This document shows, one piece after another, positions 9,429 through 18,096 of a stretch of 32,000 bases of DNA (the first letter of the stretch is position 1; each line of letters begins with the position of its first letter). Under the pieces are notes generated by a model. The model was not told the DNA's origin, did no database searches, and saw nothing but the letters and a program-made list of their open reading frames with translations. A program made the translations under genes and the position numbers. The DNA is from Desulfobulbus propionicus DSM 2032. Lineage in GTDB: Bacteria > Desulfobacterota > Desulfobulbia > Desulfobulbales > Desulfobulbaceae. The stretch covers positions 2,940,001 to 2,972,000 of the forward strand of contig NC_014972.1 of assembly GCF_000186885.1 (NCBI RefSeq), read 5' to 3'.

Positions 9429-9790
9429 GCCCGTCCCCATCCGAAAAAAAAAGAGTAATTTTATGGGCCGATTTCTACCCGCTTTCCCGTTCCTTGTCAA
9501 AAACTATGCACCGCCAGACCACTCCTTCACCTCCACCGTCCCCTGGTCGCCCAGCCGCTCCGACCACCCGCCGCCATGGGGACCACGCGAAATAAACCTC
9601 TGTTTTCCTGATCTTTGCACCTCTCATCACTTTGCCTGATCCGAACTATCATTTTTCGTGGCGCATTCGGACAAGGTACAGTATATTCCCCAAGCTGATG
9701 AGGGATCATTCATTAATCGGCTCGTTATTTTGTCAATCATATAAAGATGTTACTCAACCATTCTTTGAACCAACCATGGAGGAATCCGGT

Positions 9791-10468
9791 ATGAACATCC
9801 TTACTTTCGGTCCGAACGGCAGCGGCAAAGGCACCCAGGGCGCCATCATCAAACAAAAATACGGCATCGACCACATCGAGTCCGGCGCCATCTTTCGCGA
9901 GCATATCAAGGGCGGCACCGAATTGGGCAAGAAAGCCAAGGCCTACATCGATCGCGGCGATCTGGTTCCCGACGAGATCACCATCCCCATGGTGCTCGAA
10001 ACCCTGGCCAAATCCAAGGACAAGGGCTGGTTGCTTGACGGCTTTCCCCGTTCGGTTGCCCAGGCAGAGGCTCTGGACAAGGCCCTGAAAGAGGCCGGCA
10101 TGAAACTGGACTACGTGGTCGAGATCGTTCTTGACCGTGAAATCGCCAAGGAGCGCATCATGGGCCGCCGCCTCTGCGCCAACGACAACAACCATCCCAA
10201 CCACATCGCCTTTGAGGCCATCAAGCCGGTGGAAAAAGACGGCAAACTCGTCTGCCGTGTCTGCGGTGGCGAGCTTTCCGCCCGCGCCGACGATCAGGAC
10301 GTGGACGCCATCGACAAGCGTCACAAGATCTATTACGATACCGAGACCGGCACCACGGCCGCGATCAACTATTTCAAGAAGCTGCCGGGCGGCGCTCCGG
10401 TGATTTCCGTTGACGGCTCCCTGGCCATCAAGGAAGTCTCCGAACTGATCATGAAGCAACTGCCGTAA
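9791..10468 (+). CDS. adk: Adenylate kinase with metal-binding lid variant
   Basis: MNILTFGPNGSGKGTQGAIIKQKYGIDHIESGAIFREHI...GWLLDGFPRSVAQAEALD; lid CANDNNH...CRVCGGEL. Start ATG 9791. Confidence 0.94.
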   Translation: MNILTFGPNGSGKGTQGAIIKQKYGIDHIESGAIFREHIKGGTELGKKAKAYIDRGDLVPDEITIPMVLETLAKSKDKGWLLDGFPRSVAQAEALDKALKEAGMKLDYVVEIVLDREIAKERIMGRRLCANDNNHPNHIAFEAIKPVEKDGKLVCRVCGGELSARADDQDVDAIDKRHKIYYDTETGTTAAINYFKKLPGGAPVISVDGSLAIKEVSELIMKQLP

Positions 10469-10493
10469 GCCATCGGTTGTTGTTCCTGTTCAT

Positions 10494-10531
10494 AAACGTT
10501 TCCGTACCTCTGGGTGCGGAAACGTTTTTTT
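10494..10531 (+). terminator. Rho-independent terminator after adk
   Basis: AAACGTTTCCG - loop - CGGAAACGTTT followed by TTTT. Confidence 0.9.
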
Positions 10532-10568
10532 GTTGGAGAGCGCCCCCTTTTCTTTTATGGTTGGCGGC

Positions 10569-11153
10569 ATGAAAACACTTATTTCGACCAATTTGGTCCA
10601 ATCGATCATGGCCAAGGAGGCCTTTGTCAAGGAATCGGTCGACGATATTCTCCTCCTGAGCGAGTGGATCCGGGAGGTGTTCGAGGATGGCGGCAAGCTG
10701 CTCATTTTCGGCAACGGTGGCAGCGCCGCCGATGCCCAACATCTGGCGGCCGAATTCGTCAACCGCTTTCTGATCAATCGCCGTCCCCTGCCCGCCCTGG
10801 CCCTGACCACCGACAGTTCGGTGCTCACCTCGATCGCCAACGATTTTTCCTATGAACTGGTTTTTGCCAAGCAAATTCAGGCGCTGGGCAAACCCGAGGA
10901 TCTGGCCCTGGGCATTTCCACCTCCGGCACTTCGGCCAATGTGGTCAAGGCCATGGAGGCTGCGCGCACCATCGGCATGAAAACCGTGGCCCTCACTGGC
11001 GGCACGGCCCGCCCCGGCGGTGACTTGGCCGCCATCTGCGATCTGGTGCTCAACGTCCCGTCCGATTCCACGCCGCATATCCAGGAAACCCACCTCTGGG
11101 TGGAACACCTGTTGTGTGAGATCGTTGAACGACAAATGTTCGCCTCTTCCTGA
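10569..11153 (+). CDS. gmhA: Phosphoheptose isomerase-like SIS-domain protein
   Basis: LLIFGNGGSAADAQHLAAEFVNRFLINRRPLPALALTTDSSVLTSIANDFSYELVFAKQIQALG...LGISTSGTSANVVKAMEAA. Confidence 0.9.
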   Translation: MKTLISTNLVQSIMAKEAFVKESVDDILLLSEWIREVFEDGGKLLIFGNGGSAADAQHLAAEFVNRFLINRRPLPALALTTDSSVLTSIANDFSYELVFAKQIQALGKPEDLALGISTSGTSANVVKAMEAARTIGMKTVALTGGTARPGGDLAAICDLVLNVPSDSTPHIQETHLWVEHLLCEIVERQMFASS

Positions 11154-11192
11154 CCTGTTTGCTTTCTTTTCGTCTTTTTCCCGCATACGCCC

Positions 11193-12152
11193 ATGGCCGA
11201 CTATCCTCCGGTTCCCCTTGACTTCAGCGGACTGAACACCTATTCCGTGTATGGCCGCCACTCCAAGGTGAGTGTCGCCGATTTCGCTCATCCCCTCCAA
11301 CCGGGAATGACGGTGCGCCAGTTGCTGGCCGCCCTGCCCTCTCAACTGGCGGGAGTCGATTTCCCGGATCTGGTGCGGCGTATTGCCGTGGCGCATGAGC
11401 AGCAACGGCCGATCCTGCTGGGCATGGGTGCCCATGTGATCAAGGTGGGACTCAACCCCATCCTGATTGATCTGATGCGGCGGAGGATCATCACCGCTGT
11501 GGCCCTCAACGGCGCAGGCATCATCCATGACACGGAAATCGCCATGGTGGGCCGCACCTCGGAGGAGGTGGCCGATGTGCTCGGTGCCGGGGCCTTTGGC
11601 GCGGCCAAGGAAACCGGCGAGGTGCTCAACGGCGCCATCATCGACGGTGCCCGACGAGGCATCGGCATCGGCCAGGCGGTGGGCGAGATGTTGCTGGCCA
11701 ACGGCTTTCCCCACAACGACCAGAGCCTGCTCGCCATGGCGGCGCACCTCAAGATACCGGTGACGGTGCATGTGGCCATGGGCACGGATATCATCCACAT
11801 CCATCCCTCGGTGGACGGCGCGGCCATCGGCCAGGCCGGCCACCACGATTTCCGGGTGTTCTGCCGGCTGGTGAGCGAACTGGAAGGCGGCGTCTATCTC
11901 AATGTCGGCTCGGCCGTGCTCCTGCCCGAGGTTTTTCTCAAGGCCCTGACCGTGGTGCGCAACCTCGGCCACCAGGTCAAACAGTTCACCACCGCCAACT
12001 TCGATTTTATCCGCCATTACCGGCCGGCGACCAACGTGGTCCACCGCCCGACCCTGGAAGGCGGCAAGGGATTCAACTTCACCGGCCATCACGAGCTGTT
12101 GCTGCCGTTGCTGGCGGCGGCCGTCCTCGACGAAATTGACAACCATGGGTAA
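11193..12152 (+). CDS. Deoxyhypusine-synthase-like conserved protein of uncertain function
   Basis: PILLGMGAHVIKVGLNPILIDLMRRRIITAVALNGAGIIHDTEIAMVGRTSEEV...GFPHNDQSLLAMAAHLKIPVTVHVAMGTDIIHIHPSVDGAAIG resembles DHS-fold proteins (from memory, not searched). Confidence 0.6.
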   Translation: MADYPPVPLDFSGLNTYSVYGRHSKVSVADFAHPLQPGMTVRQLLAALPSQLAGVDFPDLVRRIAVAHEQQRPILLGMGAHVIKVGLNPILIDLMRRRIITAVALNGAGIIHDTEIAMVGRTSEEVADVLGAGAFGAAKETGEVLNGAIIDGARRGIGIGQAVGEMLLANGFPHNDQSLLAMAAHLKIPVTVHVAMGTDIIHIHPSVDGAAIGQAGHHDFRVFCRLVSELEGGVYLNVGSAVLLPEVFLKALTVVRNLGHQVKQFTTANFDFIRHYRPATNVVHRPTLEGGKGFNFTGHHELLLPLLAAAVLDEIDNHG

Positions 12153-12217
12153 AGACAGTATATGGCCGCTACCACTGAAACCGACATCGCAAGCCGCCAT
12201 CGCAACAGGACCGGTGC

Positions 12218-13177
12218 ATGAGAACATTGCTGCGCATAGGGACGCGCGCCAGCCTGCTGGCCGTGACCCAATCGACCTGGGTCAAGACCCAGATTGAACA
12301 GGCCCATCCGGGAACCCGGGTGGAGTTGGTGAAAATCACCACCAAGGGGGATCGCATCCTCGACGTGCCGCTGGCCAAGGTCGGCGGCAAGGGGTTGTTT
12401 GTCAAGGAGATCGAAGACGCCCTCCTGGCCGGTGAGGTCGACCTGGCGGTGCATTCGATGAAGGATGTGCCCACCGAACTGCCGGAGGGGTTGCACATCG
12501 GCGTCATTCCGGTGCGGGAAACGCCCTACGATGCCTTTCTCTCCAAGACATGCACCACGCTTGCCGATCTGCCGCAGGGCGCCACCATCGGCACCTCCAG
12601 CCTGCGGCGCAAATCACAGCTGATGGCGCTGCGGCCAGACCTGGACATCGTTGATCTGCGCGGCAACATCGACACCCGGCTACGCAAGCTCGATGAGGGC
12701 GTCTATGACGCCATCATTCTGGCCGGCGCCGGACTGCGGCGTCTGCACTTGGAACACCGGATCACGGCCCTGCTGGAACCCACGCAAATGCTGCCGGCCA
12801 TCAGCCAAGGAGCGCTGGGCATTGAACTGCGCCAGGATGACACCGAACTGGCCGACGGGCTGCGCTTCCTTCACCACGGAGAAACCGCCGTCGCCGTCGA
12901 GGCCGAACGCGCCTTTCTGCTGCGCCTGGAAGGCGGTTGCCAAGTGCCCATCGCGGCCCACGCCACGCTCGACAGCGGTTCGGTCACCCTGACGGGCCTG
13001 ATTGCCAGCGTCGATGGCCGGCAAATCCTCAAGGAAGCAACTACCGGCCCAGCCGAGCAGGCAGCACGCCTCGGTGCGCAATTAGCGCAAACCTTGCTTG
13101 ATCGAGGCGGCAAAGCCATTCTCGATGCGGTCTATTGCAGCGCATCAACGTCCCCCCATTCACCCCTTTCTGCCTGA
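12218..13177 (+). CDS. hemC: Hydroxymethylbilane synthase (porphobilinogen deaminase)
   Basis: LRIGTRASLLAVTQSTWVKTQIEQAHPGTRVELVKITTKGDRILDVPLAKVGGKGLFVKEIEDALLAGEVDLAVHSMKDVPTELP...QGALGIELR...CQVPIAAHA. Confidence 0.97.
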   Translation: MRTLLRIGTRASLLAVTQSTWVKTQIEQAHPGTRVELVKITTKGDRILDVPLAKVGGKGLFVKEIEDALLAGEVDLAVHSMKDVPTELPEGLHIGVIPVRETPYDAFLSKTCTTLADLPQGATIGTSSLRRKSQLMALRPDLDIVDLRGNIDTRLRKLDEGVYDAIILAGAGLRRLHLEHRITALLEPTQMLPAISQGALGIELRQDDTELADGLRFLHHGETAVAVEAERAFLLRLEGGCQVPIAAHATLDSGSVTLTGLIASVDGRQILKEATTGPAEQAARLGAQLAQTLLDRGGKAILDAVYCSASTSPHSPLSA

Positions 13178-14769
13178 ACACGCGACCAGTGACCACACAC
13201 CATTCCACCCCATCGTCCACCAACGGCAAAGTGTATCTCGTCGGGGCCGGCCCCGGCGATCCCGGCCTGATCACCCTGCGCGGCAAATACCTGCTCGAAC
13301 ACGCCGAAGTGGTCGTGTACGATTATCTGGCCAACCCCAAGCTGCTCAGCTATGTACCCAAGACCGCCCAGCTGATCTACGCCGGCAAGAAGGGCGGCGG
13401 CCTGCACGCCTTCACCCAGCAAGGGATCAACCGTCTGCTGGTCGATCATGCCCAACAGGGCAAGATGGTGGTCCGCCTCAAGGGTGGCGACCCCTTTATC
13501 TTTGGCCGTGGTGCCGAGGAGATCGAGGAGCTGGTCAGCGAGGGGATTGATTTCGAGGTGGTGCCGGGCGTTACCTCGGCCACCGCCGCCGCCACCTACG
13601 CGGGCATTCCCATCACCCACCGCGAGTACACCGCCTCGGTGGCCTTTGTCACCGGCCACGAGGATCCGACCAAGAAATTTTCCAACATCTCCTGGGAAAA
13701 ACTGGCCACCGGTGCGGGCACCATTGTCATTTACATGGGCATCAAGACCCTGCCGAGCATCACCCAAAAACTGATCGATCACGGCCGCTCACCGGACACC
13801 CCCGTAGCCGTGGTCCGCTGGGCCTCGACCCCGCAACAGCGCTCGGTGGTCGGCACCCTGGCCACCATCTGCGATGTGGTGGCCCAGGCGGATATCAAGC
13901 CGCCGGCCCTGGTGATCGTTGGCGAGGTGGTCAAGCTGCGCAGTACCATCGACTGGTTCGAGAAACGGCCGCTGTTCGGCCGGCGCATCGTGGTCACTCG
14001 CACCCGTGAGCAGGCCAGCGACCTCGTAGCCAAACTGGAGGAATACGGGGCCGAGTGTCTCGAATATTCGACCATTCATATCGAACCAGTGGCCGATTAC
14101 CGGGTCTTGGACCAAGCCCTTGCCGAGATCCACGCCTACGCATGGTTGCTGTTCACCAGCCTCAACGCGGTGACCTATTTCTTCCAGCGACTCTTTGTCC
14201 TTGGGCATGACAGCCGCCATCTGGCCGGAACGAAGATCGCCGTGGTCGGCAAGGCGACCGCCGAGGAGTTAAAGAAATACGGCCTCAAGGCTGACCTTAT
14301 CCCGGATAAATTCACAGGAGAAGGATTGGCCAAGGCCTTGGTCGAAACGGAGGTCAACGGCAGCCGCATCCTTCTGCCCCGAGCGCTCAAGGCCAGCGAC
14401 CTGTTACCGGAAACCTTGATCGACGCCGGCGCCGAGGTGACCATCGCCCCAGTGTACCAGAATGTGCCGCCTCAAGGGCGCAAGGAGGAATTGCGCGACC
14501 AGCTGGAGAGCGGTTCCATCGATCTGATCACCTTCACCAGCTCGTCCACGGTGACCAATTTCCTGGCCATGCTCGACGCGGGCAGCGACGAGGAACTGCA
14601 CCGGCTGATGGATGCGGTGCGCATTGCCGCCATCGGCCCGATCACCGCCGAAACGGTTCGAGAACACGGTCTGCGGGTGGATATCCAACCCGAACGCTAT
14701 ACCATCGACGACATGGTGCATGCGATTGTCGCCGCCTATCGGAATAAGCCGGGACAACCGCAGGACTGA
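13135..14769 (+). CDS. cobA-hemD: Fused uroporphyrinogen-III C-methyltransferase / uroporphyrinogen-III synthase
   Basis: N-terminal VYLVGAGPGDPGLITLRGKYLLEHAEVVVYDYLANP...VVRLKGGDPFIFGRGAEEIEELVSEGIDFEVVPGVTSATAAATYAGIPITHREY; C-terminal HemD-like GRRIVVTRTREQASDLVAKLEEYGAECLEY...FTSLNAVTYFF. Start is uncertain and may be internal, near the GTG in GKVYLVGAG. Confidence 0.94.
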   Translation: MQRINVPPFTPFCLNTRPVTTHHSTPSSTNGKVYLVGAGPGDPGLITLRGKYLLEHAEVVVYDYLANPKLLSYVPKTAQLIYAGKKGGGLHAFTQQGINRLLVDHAQQGKMVVRLKGGDPFIFGRGAEEIEELVSEGIDFEVVPGVTSATAAATYAGIPITHREYTASVAFVTGHEDPTKKFSNISWEKLATGAGTIVIYMGIKTLPSITQKLIDHGRSPDTPVAVVRWASTPQQRSVVGTLATICDVVAQADIKPPALVIVGEVVKLRSTIDWFEKRPLFGRRIVVTRTREQASDLVAKLEEYGAECLEYSTIHIEPVADYRVLDQALAEIHAYAWLLFTSLNAVTYFFQRLFVLGHDSRHLAGTKIAVVGKATAEELKKYGLKADLIPDKFTGEGLAKALVETEVNGSRILLPRALKASDLLPETLIDAGAEVTIAPVYQNVPPQGRKEELRDQLESGSIDLITFTSSSTVTNFLAMLDAGSDEELHRLMDAVRIAAIGPITAETVREHGLRVDIQPERYTIDDMVHAIVAAYRNKPGQPQD

Positions 14770-14860
14770 GCAACGCTGTCGCGGAATTCAGCTGCCCTCT
14801 TCCAAGGGAAAACGGTCGGCGGCAACCCGATCCGACCGTCAACCGGAGGAAAAGGAGAAC

Positions 14861-15157
14861 ATCGTCTGCGCCGTGTGCGGGGCAGCCATTACCCACCGTG
14901 ACCATGTCATCCGGGTCAACAACCGTCACGAACACGCCTTTTTCAACCCGACCGGCATTGCCTTCCTCATCCGTTGTTTCCACACGGCACCAGGCGTTGC
15001 CGTGTGGGCTGAACCGAGTACCGCGTTTACCTGGTTTCCGGGCTATTGTTGGCAGATTGTCCTTTGCGCCGCCTGTCAAAGCCACCTTGGCTGGCTTTTT
15101 TCACCGATGGCTGGCGGTCGATCCTTTTATGGCCTCATCGCCGACCGCCTGTCCTGA
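14861..15157 (+). CDS. CULT-domain (cereblon thalidomide-binding-domain-like) small protein; start codon unresolved
   Basis: In-frame IVCAVCGAAITHRDHVIRVNNRHEHAFFNPTGIAFLIRCFHTAPGVAVWAEPSTAFTWFPGYCWQIVLCAACQSHLGWLFSPMAGGRSFYGLIADRLS*: paired CxxC zinc ligands, three Trp in WFPGYxW...HLGW, and terminal FxGLIxxRL. SD-like GGAGG (14845-14849) and AGGAG (14853-14857). Confidence 0.85.
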   Translation: MVCAVCGAAITHRDHVIRVNNRHEHAFFNPTGIAFLIRCFHTAPGVAVWAEPSTAFTWFPGYCWQIVLCAACQSHLGWLFSPMAGGRSFYGLIADRLS

Positions 15158-15345
15158 CCCATCACCCCGCCGGGTTCTCCTTCCGGCCGCCACACCGCAC
15201 CTGGGCCTGCAACGGGTGCGATTCGCTCTTTTTCAAGAATAAATCCAAACAACTACCCGTGATCCGCTCCGCCTTTTTTTCCATTGTTTTTCACAAGACA
15301 GAACAGTACATTATGTCCAGTTAACGTAGAAACCGAGCGACGGTC

Positions 15346-16053
15346 ATGCTTCCTCTCCTCCGACATTTCCTCCTTTTTGCCCTTGTGTTCGCGCTTGTCC
15401 CGCAGGCCGCAAGGGGAAGTGCGACTGAACGAGATCCGGCACCGAACGGTACCGCGTGGGATAACGCGGTGACCAGTCTATTGGCCGCCGGCATGTATGG
15501 TTTCGATGCGGATGCGCTTGACGGCCTGACCGTGCAGTTGCAACACTCCGACCACTTCGCTCCCGGCCTCAACCCCGGCAAGCATCAACTCGGCGGCCAG
15601 GCCATCACCTTTTCCTATGAAGGCTCGGCCGGCTTGCTCGAATTCTCGGCAGGCTATATTCTCTCGACCCAGCAGAATGGCACTGAACCGGGAACCGTCT
15701 TCATGAGTGTCGACCCTGGACTGAACAAGGACTTCGATCCCGGCCGCTCCTGGTTTCTCGCCCTCGATCTTTCCCGCTCCTACCAGATCGATGACGGCCT
15801 CTCCTTTAGCTTGGGCAACAGGGTCATGCTCCTCAACAACCCCTTCAACACCGAAGAGGGACAAATTTTTTCGCTGCTCTTCAACATGCCCATCTCCTAT
15901 AAAGATTATCTCACCATCACCCCGGAGTTCCACTGGTCCCGTCCTCTCTCCGATGCTGCCGGCAGCAACCAAGCCACGATCTCCGGAACCGATGAGAACC
16001 AGGGAAGCGACGGTACGTTCTATGGTGGTGTCTCCATCAAATTTTCGTACTGA
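15346..16053 (+). CDS. Secreted, probable outer-membrane beta-barrel protein, uncharacterised
   Basis: Signal peptide MLPLLRHFLLFALVFALVPQAARGSA, alternating aromatic/hydrophobic strands and terminal ...YGGVSIKFSY. Confidence 0.65.
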   Translation: MLPLLRHFLLFALVFALVPQAARGSATERDPAPNGTAWDNAVTSLLAAGMYGFDADALDGLTVQLQHSDHFAPGLNPGKHQLGGQAITFSYEGSAGLLEFSAGYILSTQQNGTEPGTVFMSVDPGLNKDFDPGRSWFLALDLSRSYQIDDGLSFSLGNRVMLLNNPFNTEEGQIFSLLFNMPISYKDYLTITPEFHWSRPLSDAAGSNQATISGTDENQGSDGTFYGGVSIKFSY

Positions 16054-16285
16054 TTCCCCTTAGCCAACAGCGGCCCCTTCCGTGTTTTCCTTGACAGCGA
16101 ATGTTTTCCCTTTTCTTTTTGCGAAAAACGCAGGAAGCTAAAGAACTGTTGCACCATTGACAATCGTGAGCAATCTCGCTTCGCTTTCCCACTCATCCTT
16201 CAAACCAGAGACAGGAGCGCCCACAGTGAACGTAACACCTCTGTGCACAACCGAACCAACCCGAGCATCGTCTATCCGCGCCAGG

Positions 16286-17944
16286 ATGCGAGCCTTGGCG
16301 CTTGCAATCGCCTGCTGTTTGGTGGCCAGCCTTGTGGCATGGCCCCCGGTAAATGCCGCCCAACCAGCCGCTCCGGCAAAGCGTCAGGTGATCTTTCTGC
16401 CCTTTGACGTTGAAATTTCAGGTTCTTACGCGTATCTGCGCACCGGTTTGTCCACCACCCTTGCCAGTCGATTGGCCACCCGCGCCAATATCGCGGCGGT
16501 CGCCCAAGGAGACGCCTCGGAACAAATGGCCGGTGCGCTAAAATCCGGCGAGTATGGCATTTTCAGCCAACGGCTCCGCCAATCCGGGGCGGAATACCTC
16601 ATCATGGGATCGCTAGCCCCCAAAGCCGGCCAATTTGAACTGACCAGCTACGTCTTTTCGCAAACATCGCTCCAGGCCCCCAAAAAGTTTCAACAGTCGT
16701 TTCAAACGGTGGATGACGTCATGACCGCGGTTGACAACCTCGCCTGGGCGATCAGCGGCGCGGTTTTTGGCAAGCCCAAGCCAGAGGCCGCAGCTGGTGG
16801 AGGCTCCGGAATGGCCGCGTTTCAAACCGCGCATCCGGAGCGCGCCTATCGCGAGGGCCTGTTTGCCGGCACGGCAACCGGCCTGGAAGCTGGCGGTCCC
16901 TTTGAGTTGGTCAGCAGTTACCGCAGCAAGGGCATTCCCGCCGAAGCCAGGGACATGAACGCAGGCGACCTCGACGGCGACGGCACGCCCGAGATTGTCT
17001 TGCTGACCAGTTCGGCCCTGATGATCTACAGAAATGAAGAAGGACAGTTCCGCATGCTGGCCACAGCGGAGTTGCCGAACCATCTACGCTATCATTCGGT
17101 CACCCTGGGCGACCTGAACAACAATGGACAGCAGGAAATCTACATCAGCGGCAGCAATGGCGACTATCCCGACTCGTCCGCCCTCGAGTGGAACGGCAAA
17201 AAGGTGACCACCCTGTTTGAACATGTCGGCTGGTACCTGCGGACCATGAGCGCCCCCGGAGAGCCTATCGCGCTCATCGGCCAAAAGACCCCGGTTTCGG
17301 AACGCGATGGCGCCGACATTTACGAGATGGCGCTCGACGGCCGCGGCGGGGTCAACGCGGGCAACAAGCTGCCCCTGCCCCGAGGCATCAACATTTTCGA
17401 CTTTGCCCGGGCCGATCTCGATCGCGACGGCGTGCAGGAAACGATCGTGCTCAACAACAGCAACCGGCTCCAGGTGTACGATGCCTCCGGTAGCCTCCGC
17501 TTTACCAGCAGCGAAATCCATGGGGCGAGCAACAACTTTTTCGGCACCCTAACCAGTCAGAACAATGCGGCCAACTCCGAGAAGGAAACCGTCTGGGTGC
17601 GGACCCGCATCGTGATCGCCGATCTCGACATGGATGGCGGCAATGACGTGCTGGTTGGTCGCAATCGCCTGGAAACGGTCAGCTTCATGCCCAACCTTCG
17701 CTATTTCGACGGCAGCTCCCTGGCCGCCTACACCTGGGTGAACAGCGGTTTGACCCGCCTGTGGGAAACGAAAAAGATTCCCGCGTACATCACCAATTAC
17801 CAGTATGCCGGCACGCAACGGGAGAACGGCCACTATCAGGTTGTCTTTGCCGAGGCCGCAAGCAGTTATCCCTTTGTGTTCTGGAATGCGCCCACCACCT
17901 TTCTCAACAGCTACACCGTGCGCGTCAACGCGGCGGCCAAATAA
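16286..17944 (+). CDS. Secreted FG-GAP/VCBS-repeat protein with TolB-N/FlgO-like N-terminal region
   Basis: Start trimmed to MRALALAIACCLVASLVAWPPVNAA. Repeats: NAGDLDGDGTPEIVLL, LGDLNNNGQQEIYIS, ARADLDRDGVQETIVL, IADLDMDGGNDVLVG. Confidence 0.75.
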   Translation: MRALALAIACCLVASLVAWPPVNAAQPAAPAKRQVIFLPFDVEISGSYAYLRTGLSTTLASRLATRANIAAVAQGDASEQMAGALKSGEYGIFSQRLRQSGAEYLIMGSLAPKAGQFELTSYVFSQTSLQAPKKFQQSFQTVDDVMTAVDNLAWAISGAVFGKPKPEAAAGGGSGMAAFQTAHPERAYREGLFAGTATGLEAGGPFELVSSYRSKGIPAEARDMNAGDLDGDGTPEIVLLTSSALMIYRNEEGQFRMLATAELPNHLRYHSVTLGDLNNNGQQEIYISGSNGDYPDSSALEWNGKKVTTLFEHVGWYLRTMSAPGEPIALIGQKTPVSERDGADIYEMALDGRGGVNAGNKLPLPRGINIFDFARADLDRDGVQETIVLNNSNRLQVYDASGSLRFTSSEIHGASNNFFGTLTSQNNAANSEKETVWVRTRIVIADLDMDGGNDVLVGRNRLETVSFMPNLRYFDGSSLAAYTWVNSGLTRLWETKKIPAYITNYQYAGTQRENGHYQVVFAEAASSYPFVFWNAPTTFLNSYTVRVNAAAK

Positions 17945-17961
17945 TTTTCTCTTTTGCCGAC

Positions 17962-17997
17962 GGGGCCTGTCGAGGCCGTCACCCTTCGACGGGCCCC
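17962..17997 (+). terminator. GC-rich stem-loop after the FG-GAP gene, possible terminator without strong T-tract
   Basis: GGGGCCTGTCGA / TCGACGGGCCCC, 12-bp stem with one T-G wobble. Confidence 0.4.
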
Positions 17998-18096
17998 CTC
18001 CCCACCCATCCTCCAACCTCTTGTTTAATCGTTACTCTTTCACATCCCGCACCTGACCATTGCCGGTAAAAATATTTTTACTCAGGTAAAAAAAAC

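Noticed and set aside
7032-9458. 808-aa plus-strand ORF
   Set aside because: Antisense to clear apgM-like and hom genes on the minus strand; the translation is Gly/His/Arg-rich with no domain features. A GC-driven shadow ORF.
10449-12227. 592-aa minus-strand ORF
   Set aside because: Antisense to the gmhA-like and DHS-like genes; composition typical of a shadow ORF.
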